Source: an uncultured Chloroflexia bacterium (GTDB taxonomy: Bacteria > Chloroflexota > Anaerolineae > CG2-30-64-16). Taken from it: a stretch of DNA of 64,000 nucleotides. The translations under genes were made by a program, and so were the position numbers. Positions 58,055 to 64,000 of this stretch are shown piece after piece; the first letter of the stretch is position 1, and each line of letters begins with the position of its first letter. Below the pieces are notes generated by a model, which was not told the DNA's origin, did no database searches, and worked only from the letters and a program-made list of their open reading frames with translations. The DNA is taken from positions 1,152 through 65,151 of the forward strand of contig CAWDBO010000037.1 of NCBI GenBank assembly GCA_963800615.1. Reading direction: 5' to 3'.

Positions 58055-59221
58055 TCAGGGCCTCACCTTGATGCCCGCGGGTCCGAGCAGGCTGCCGGCG
58101 ATGACGATCTGCTGCATCTGCGACGTGCCTTCGACGAGCTCCATCGCCCGCGCATCCCGGTAGTAGCGTTCCATCGGGTAGTCCGCGATGAAGCCCGCGC
58201 CGCCGTACACCTGCACCATCTTGTTCGTCACTTCGTTCGCCATGCGCCCGCAGAACAGCTTCGCCATCGCGGCCTGCTGCGTGAACGGCTGCCCCTGGTC
58301 CGCCAGCCACGCCGCGTGGCGCACCAGCCACCGCCCGGCGTCGACCTCCGTCGCCGCGTCGGCCAGGTACATCTGGATCGCCTGCTTGTTCGCGATGGCC
58401 GTGCCGAACTGCGTGCGCTGGATCGCGTAGGCCGCGGCCAGCTCGATCGCTTTCGCCGCGCCGCCCACCGCGGCGGCCGAGATGCCCACCCGGCCGTAGT
58501 CCAGCGTCTCCATCGCGATCTTGTACCCCCCGCCCTCCTGGCCCAGCAGGTACTCTTCCGGCACACGCACACCCTTCAGATAGAGCCGGTGGATCTGCGC
58601 GCCCCGCAGGCCCAACGTCTTCTCGCGGCCGCCCAGCACCACGCCTTCGTTCTCTGCCGGCACGACAAACGCGCTGATCCCCTTTGCCCCCGCGCCCGGG
58701 TCCGTCGCCGCAAAGATGATGTAAACCCCTGCGACGCCCGCGTTTGACACCCACGTCTTGCTGCCCGTAATAACCCAGTGGCTGTCCTCTTTGCAGGCAA
58801 CCGTCCGCAGCCGCGTCGGGTCGCTGCCCGCGCCGCCTTCGGTCAGGGCAAACGCACCGATCCGGTCCCCGCTCACCATCTCCGATACGAAGTCCTCTTT
58901 GGCAAGCTCGGAGCCATGCTTGACGAGCGTCCGGAGTGCCAGCACGTTATGGACGTGCAGCGTCAGGGCCGTGCTGGCGCATTCGGCCGCCATCGCCTCC
59001 ACCAGCAACGTATAGGTGGTGAAGTCGAGCCCTGCGCCCCCGTACGGCTCCTCGGGCGCGAACACGCCCAGGAATCCCTGCCCCGCGGCCCGCTTGATCA
59101 GCCGGCTCGGAAACTCTTCTTTCTTGTCGGTCTGTTCCGCCACCTTCGCCACCTCCTTGGTCGCGAAATCGCGGAACAGTTTCTGGAACATCTGCTGTTC
59201 TTCGGTCAATACGAAGTCCAT
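58055..59221 (-). CDS. acyl-CoA dehydrogenase
   Basis: Intact 388 aa from MDFVLTEEQQMF (AAGGAG RBS). ALTEGGAGSD, WVSNAG, YGGAGFIADYPMERYYRDARAMELVEGTSQMQ. The listed 586-aa ORF runs on upstream through a stop-free repeat. Confidence 0.9.
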   Translation of the reverse strand: MDFVLTEEQQMFQKLFRDFATKEVAKVAEQTDKKEEFPSRLIKRAAGQGFLGVFAPEEPYGGAGLDFTTYTLLVEAMAAECASTALTLHVHNVLALRTLVKHGSELAKEDFVSEMVSGDRIGAFALTEGGAGSDPTRLRTVACKEDSHWVITGSKTWVSNAGVAGVYIIFAATDPGAGAKGISAFVVPAENEGVVLGGREKTLGLRGAQIHRLYLKGVRVPEEYLLGQEGGGYKIAMETLDYGRVGISAAAVGGAAKAIELAAAYAIQRTQFGTAIANKQAIQMYLADAATEVDAGRWLVRHAAWLADQGQPFTQQAAMAKLFCGRMANEVTNKMVQVYGGAGFIADYPMERYYRDARAMELVEGTSQMQQIVIAGSLLGPAGIKVRP

Positions 59222-59260
59222 GGCGGCTCCTTTCTCAAGACCAGAGCGCTGTCGCCGGTC

Positions 59261-59347
59261 TAACTTCGTAACCACAAAGTATCCAAGAGACGAAGGTTCA
59301 CAAGGACCTTTGTGTGACCTTTGGTTCTTCGATTCTTCGTGGTTAAG
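59261..59347. repeat. word-hairpin repeat (family P3)
   Basis: cttcgtaaccacaaag...cgaaggttcacaaggacctttgtgtgacctttggttcttcgattcttcgtggtta. Confidence 0.7.
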
Positions 59348-59360
59348 GCGCAGCCTCAAG

Positions 59361-61390
59361 TCACGAGTTCCATCTCGTTCGAGAGCCGGTGCATCCTGAC
59401 AATGCGCTATCAGGTCGGCCAGAAACGCCCGCGTGCGTTCGACCCGCGCCGGATCGCCCGCTTGCGTGCCCGGCCCCGCCAGCCCCGTCAGCTCGCGGAA
59501 CGTCATCCGGACCATTCCCAGGTTCACGCCGGCCAGCCGCCGCATCAAATCTTCCCACCCTCCACCGACCGCCGGGTTAGCGTGGTTATGGATGCGCAGC
59601 GCGACCTGCGCAGCCGGCGACCGCCCCAGGTTCTGGGGCACCGCCTCATTCACCCGCTTCCCCGCGATTGCGAAGTAATAGCTCGCCATCGGGTTGACCA
59701 GCCGCTGGATGCGCGGCCACACGCAGTCGGCTTCCTGCGCCAGCCCGAAGAACGCCAGGTAGAACGGCACGGCCTCGGCATAGTTGCCCGACACGAACGC
59801 GTGCCCCGCCTTCACGGAGCAGTAGCTCGCCAGGTACCACTTCAGGTCGTCGAACCCCGCCCGCGGCTGTCCCGCCGCGCACTGCGTCCAGCTGGACGCG
59901 CGCCGCTTGCAGGTACCGCTGCGCGCTGCCCGCGAAATCTTTCTGCCGCAGGTCCGAGGCCTCCCGGAACAAGCTCTCGGCCAGCGCCACGGTCGGCTCT
60001 CCGGGCGGCAGCGCGACCTTCGCGACGGCCGCCGCCGCCATCAACAGCTCCTCGCGGTTCAGCAGCCGGTCGATTGTCGCCGCCGCGATCGCACACCCGT
60101 CTTCCGCATCCCGAGCGAACCCGTGGCTCGCAAGCCGCTGGCACAAGGCTTGCACCCGCTCCGAGCCCGCGCCCGGCCCGTAGAGCACCGGCGCAAGCGC
60201 TTCCGCGTCGACCGCGATGCCCCCCTCGACGATCCGCGACACGTATACGCAGTCGCAAGCCGCGTTCAGTTCGTCCAGCGCCAACGCCTGTGGGTCGAGC
60301 AGCGGCGCGTCGCTCCCCGGTTGGCCCCCCTCGTAGCGCAGTGCATCGCTCATCACCAGCAGCCGCATCATTTCCGCGACCGCGATCTTCTGGGTCAGCG
60401 CGTTTTCCGCGTCGTACCGGTCCTTGAGCAGGTCCGCAGCTTGGTTCAGCGAGAGCGGGGTTGCCGCCGACTGGACGGCCGCCAGGAAATCGACCAGCAC
60501 CTGCTGTCGCGTGGCCGCGTCAATCACGCGCAGGCCCGCTTCGCGCAGGAAGCTGCGGAAGCGTTGGCTCGGATCGATGTCCGCCGCAGGCTTGAAAATC
60601 GGCGGCGCGGTGTTCTCGCTCAGCGGCCCCACGACCGCAGCGCCCGGCGGATCGCCCGGCTTCCGCAGCCGGACGTAGAGCTGCATGTCCACTTCCTGCA
60701 AGGTGATCATGTTGAGCTGCCCTTCCAGGAAGGCGCGGAACTGCTGGTAGCCGTAGTTGGCCTCGTTGAACGACGAGTCGAGGCTCAGCATGATCTGCTT
60801 CAGGCGGCCCGCGAAGACCGGCGTCTCGCCCTTCTGCTCGGCCGCCGGCCAGCGCCCGCCGCAGCAGTTCCCGCGGGTCAGGCAGCTGCAGCTCGTCCGC
60901 AATGTCCGCCAGCTCTTCACTCACCAGCGTTTCGTAGAAGATGAACTCGTCGCACGCCCGGCGCAGCAGGTCCGACGTCGCCGAGTGCAGGCCGATGCCG
61001 ATGGTGTACTTCCCGTAGTCCCGCAGCTTGTGGATCAGCTCCGGTGAAGTCGGAGTCGCCCGAAACGATCGCATACACGTCGATGTTCGGCCTCGTGAAC
61101 ACGGCTTCCATCGCGTCGATCGCCAGGCGCACGTCCGCCCGGTTCTTCTGCTGGATGCCCACCGAGTACAACTGGAGCAGGTCGATGCCGTTTTCGAGCA
61201 TCGGCCGCCGGTAGCGATGAAAGCGACCCCAATCGCCGTATGCGCGCTTAATCAGAAGCCGTCCACGCGAGCGCAGCAGGTCCGTAACGGCCGTAACATC
61301 AAAATCGCCGTAATTGGCTTCTGCGGATGTCGCTACGTTTTCAAAATCGATGAAGACCGCGATTTGCGGCCCATCCAGGCGCATTTCCAT
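59361..61390 (-). CDS. NYN (LabA-like) nuclease domain - OST-HTH/LOTUS domain protein with about 400-aa uncharacterised C-terminal region, at least 3 frameshifts
   Basis: IAVFIDFENV...AYGDW...NRADVRLAIDAM...YAIVSGDSDFT.LIHKLRDYGKYTIGIG is the NYN domain. FAGRLKQIMLSLDSSFNEANYGYQQFRAFLEG is the LOTUS domain. The 3-prime end is uncertain; an out-of-frame TGA at 59361 is the nearest stop. Confidence 0.65.
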
Positions 61391-61411
61391 TTGAGAGAAA
61401 ATCCTTTGTTC

Positions 61412-61444
61412 AGAAACCAGGTTTCTGTCAGAAACCTGGTTTCT
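61412..61444. repeat. P2 element: two adjacent 15-bp palindromes
   Basis: AGAAACCAGGTTTCTgtcAGAAACCTGGTTTCT; the flanks extend the symmetry (ttc...gaa). Confidence 0.8.
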
Positions 61445-61455
61445 GAACGCGTTAG

Positions 61456-62250
61456 TTAGCTATCCGTAAACTTCGGCTGCCGCTTCTGCACGAACACGCT
61501 GATGCCTTCCACCAGGTCATGGCTGCCCACCAGGCCCATGAACTGCTTGGTCTCGAACTCCAGCCCCTGGTCCAGCGGCATCTCGCCGCCTTCGACGACC
61601 GAGATCATCGCCGCGCTGATTGCCAGCTTGCTCTTCGCCGCGATCTTCTTCGCCAGCCCCATCGCCTCGTGCAGCACCTGTCCCGCGGGCACCACCTTGT
61701 TCGCCAGCCCGATGCGGAACGCCTCCTGCGCGTTGATCATGTCGCCCGAGAGGATCAGCTCGAGCGCCTTCCCCTGTCCCACGACCCGCTGCAGCCGCTG
61801 CGTGCCGCCCCAGCCTGGAATCAGGCCCAGGTTGGTCTCGGTCAGCCCGACGCGTGCCCGGTCGGCCATGATGCGGATGTGGCATGCGAGCGCCAGCTCG
61901 AGCCCGCCGCCCAGCGCCACCGCGTTGATCGCCGCGATAAACGGCTTCGGCGAGCACTCGATCTTCTTGTAGAGCGACTTCGCCCGCAGCAGCGCGTCCT
62001 GCGCCACGTCCAGCTTGCCGCCGGTGAACCACTCGGACACTTCCTTCAGGTCCAACCCGGCCACGAACGCAAACTGGCCTGCCCCGGTCACCACCACCAC
62101 CTTGACCTGGTCATTCGCCAGCAGTTCGTCCACCGCCGCATCCATCTCCGCCACCGTCTGCGTGTCGAACGCATTCGCGGGCGGATGGTCGATCGTGAGA
62201 ATCGCGACACGGTCTTCGATCGCAACCTTCAAGTTTGAGTATTCAGCCAT
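61456..62250 (-). CDS. enoyl-CoA hydratase (crotonase family)
   Basis: Intact from MAEYSNLKVAIEDRVAILT (AAGGAG RBS). VVTGAGQFAFVAGLDL, AAINAVALGGGLELALACH, ETNLGLIPGWGGTQRL. Confidence 0.9.
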   Translation of the reverse strand: MAEYSNLKVAIEDRVAILTIDHPPANAFDTQTVAEMDAAVDELLANDQVKVVVVTGAGQFAFVAGLDLKEVSEWFTGGKLDVAQDALLRAKSLYKKIECSPKPFIAAINAVALGGGLELALACHIRIMADRARVGLTETNLGLIPGWGGTQRLQRVVGQGKALELILSGDMINAQEAFRIGLANKVVPAGQVLHEAMGLAKKIAAKSKLAISAAMISVVEGGEMPLDQGLEFETKQFMGLVGSHDLVEGISVFVQKRQPKFTDS

Positions 62251-62274
62251 CGTCTTACTCCTTGCGAAAAAGCC

Positions 62275-62347
62275 CCTCACCACAAAGCCACCAAGGTTCA
62301 CTAAGGCTTTCACCGTGCCTTAGTGGTGCCTTTGTGCCTTTGTGGTT
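62275..62347. repeat. word-hairpin repeat (family P3)
   Basis: caccacaaagccaccaaggttcactaaggc...gccttagtggtgcctttgtgcctttgtgg. Confidence 0.75.
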
Positions 62348-62364
62348 AAATTCCAACTTCCGCC

Positions 62365-63573
62365 TTACGCGTACTCGTGGAACCCGCGGCCGGCCTTCAC
62401 GCCGGTGTGCCCCGCGTTGACCTTCTGCCGCAGCAGCCATGCCGGGCGGAACCGCTCGCCATATTCCTTCTGGAGGTTCTCCAGGTCTTGCAGGATGCAG
62501 TCCAGCCCGATTTCGTCCGCAATCGCCAGCGGCCCCTTGCGCTCGCCCTTGTAGCTCATGCCCAGCCCCGCAATGCAGGCCATGTCGATGTCCGCCGGGT
62601 TCGCGATATGCTCGGTCAGCGCGATCACCGCCTCGTTGATCATCGGGTACATCACCCGCTCGGGCGTGAACTGGCTGCCCTCCTTCTTCAGGTCCGCGGT
62701 GAGCTCCGCAACTGGCGCATCGTTCTCTTCGCCGTAGCCGTAGATGCCCTTGCCGACCTTCTCTCCCAGGCGGCCGGCTTCCAGCATCCGGTACATCAGC
62801 TGCGGCAGTTCCATGCGAACGCCGTACTCCCGGTGCATCTGCTCGCCCGCGTGCGTCGCAATATCCAGCCCCACCGTATCCGTGAGGATGAACGCGCCCA
62901 TCGGCATGCCGAAGTCCCGCAGCGCCTCGTCGATCTCGGTCGCCGAAGCCGCGCCCTCCTGCAGGCAGTAGGCGGCTTCGTTGAGGAACGGCGCCAGCAG
63001 GCGGTTCACCAGGAAACCCGGGCACTCACGCACCGTGACCGGCAGCTTCCGCAGCGACTCGGCAAACATCACGACGTCGTCGACCGTGTCCTGGGCCGTC
63101 TCCAGCCCGGGGATCACCTCGATCAACTTCATGACGTGAGCGGGATTGAAGAAGTGCATCCCGATCACCTTGCCGGGCCGCTTCGTCGCCGAGCCCATCT
63201 CGCTGATCGAAAGCGCCGAGGTGTTGCTGGCAAGGATCGTCGTCTCGGGGCACACCCGGTCCAGTTCCGCGAACACCGCCTTCTTGACGGACATCTTCTC
63301 CGGCACCGCCTCGATCACGATGTCCACGTCGGCGAAGCTGTCGTAGCTGAGGGAGGGCTCGACGAGGCTGATCTTGCTCTCCATCTCGCCCGCGCTCATC
63401 TTGCCCTTGTCCACCCGGCCCTGATAGATGTGCCGGATCGTCTCCATGCCCTTGTCGAGCATCTTCTGGTCGACGTCTTTGAGGACCACCGGAAGCCCGC
63501 TAAACGAGATCACCTGCGCGATCTCGCCCCCCATCGTCCCCGCGCCGACCACCGCCGCCTTAAAAATGTACAT
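62365..63573 (-). CDS. 3-hydroxyacyl-CoA dehydrogenase (NAD-binding plus two C-terminal domains)
   Basis: Intact 402 aa from MYIFKAAVVGAGTMGGEIA (AAGGAGG RBS). NTSALSI, HFFNPAHVMKLIEV, GFLVNRLL. Confidence 0.9.
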   Translation of the reverse strand: MYIFKAAVVGAGTMGGEIAQVISFSGLPVVLKDVDQKMLDKGMETIRHIYQGRVDKGKMSAGEMESKISLVEPSLSYDSFADVDIVIEAVPEKMSVKKAVFAELDRVCPETTILASNTSALSISEMGSATKRPGKVIGMHFFNPAHVMKLIEVIPGLETAQDTVDDVVMFAESLRKLPVTVRECPGFLVNRLLAPFLNEAAYCLQEGAASATEIDEALRDFGMPMGAFILTDTVGLDIATHAGEQMHREYGVRMELPQLMYRMLEAGRLGEKVGKGIYGYGEENDAPVAELTADLKKEGSQFTPERVMYPMINEAVIALTEHIANPADIDMACIAGLGMSYKGERKGPLAIADEIGLDCILQDLENLQKEYGERFRPAWLLRQKVNAGHTGVKAGRGFHEYA

Positions 63574-63598
63574 GCCCAATCCTCCTTGCGAAGCGAAC

Positions 63599-63675
63599 GT
63601 CACCACCAAGTACCGAAGAAAGGAAGCTTCACAAAAACCTTGGTGAACCTTCGTTTCTTTGATTCTTTGTGGTGA
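63599..63675. repeat. word-hairpin repeat (family P3)
   Basis: caccaccaagtaccgaagaaaggaagcttcacaaaaaccttggtgaaccttcgtttctttgattctttgtggtg. Confidence 0.75.
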
Positions 63676-63676
63676 A

Positions 63677-64000
63677 CTAGATCCTCTCCACGACGACAGC
63701 CGAGCCCTGGCCGCCGCCGACGCACAGCGTCGCCGCACCGTAGCGCGCGTTCCGCCGCTTCATCTCGTGCAGCAGGGTGACCACGATGCGCGAGCCCGAC
63801 GCGCCGACCGGGTGCCCCAGCGCGATCGCGCCGCCGTTGACGTTCGTCTTGTCGGGGTCCCACCCATGCCCGTCGGCCTGCATCGACTTCGCCACCCCCA
63901 GCACCTGCGCCGCAAACGCCTCGTTGATCTCCACCAGGTCCAGCTGATCGTACTTCAGCCCCGCCCGCTTCAGCGCCTTCGGCAGCGCCGTCGCGGGACC
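63677..64000 (-). CDS. acetyl-CoA acetyltransferase (thiolase), C-terminal part; continues beyond window
   Basis: [26 protein letters not shown] and [16 protein letters not shown] are thiolase C-terminal signatures. Confidence 0.9.
   Translation of the reverse strand, partial: GPATALPKALKRAGLKYDQLDLVEINEAFAAQVLGVAKSMQADGHGWDPDKTNVNGGAIALGHPVGASGSRIVVTLLHEMKRRNARYGAATLCVGGGQGSAVVVERI

Noticed and set aside
58055-59815. The 586-aa ORF taken as one protein.
   Set aside because: It is the 388-aa acyl-CoA dehydrogenase (own RBS and ATG at 59221), plus a stop-free reading of the P3 repeat, plus the C-terminal part of the upstream NYN/LOTUS gene.
34498-63675. Recurrent palindromes considered as a CRISPR array.
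   Set aside because: The copies are kilobases apart, belong to different families, have no regular repeat-spacer periodicity, and no cas genes are present.
1-64000. Reading the many frameshifts as programmed ribosomal frameshifting or genuine pseudogenes.
   Set aside because: - There are no slippery heptamers or downstream pseudoknots at the junctions.
- They hit essential genes at random positions as 1-nt insertions.
- The flanking protein sequence is undegraded.
- Assembly error is the simpler explanation, though it is unproven without reads.

Overview
High-GC (about 65-70% by eye) bacterial chromosomal segment with about 55 protein genes and no rRNA, tRNA or CRISPR. T-box regulation, Bacillus-like mtaB-yqeY-pgpH-ybeY-dgkA synteny and word-based hairpin repeats suggest a Chloroflexota-like or other monoderm lineage; this is tentative. 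Content in order: URO-D-like protein, C39-like peptidase, GH4 hydrolase and Zn-ADH. Next comes a 9-heme cytochrome c gene coupled to a cytochrome b fused to five tandem diheme c modules. Then a T-box leader, vapBC and valS; yitJ-like, maf, pcrA; a low-GC M14 carboxypeptidase; and pncC with a two-component system. These are followed by moxR-DUF58-subtilase, the pgpH / ybeY-dgkA fusion / yqeY / mtaB block, and an envelope cluster of epimerase, methyltransferase and two giant membrane proteins, one with an ILEI/FAM3-like domain. The rest is etfBA, rpsA, a DHH-CBS-CCA fusion, moeA, and a beta-oxidation operon interrupted by a NYN/LOTUS gene. Top findings: (1) a Val-type T-box riboswitch is separated from valS by an inserted vapBC toxin-antitoxin module; (2) a CbcL-like b/c cytochrome module with 19 c-heme motifs; (3) several families of hairpin repeats fill operon junctions and sit in frame inside valS, mtaB and membrane-protein genes. 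Caveat: about half the genes, including essential ones, carry single-base frameshifts that look like assembly indels, so many CDS coordinates are stitched across frames.
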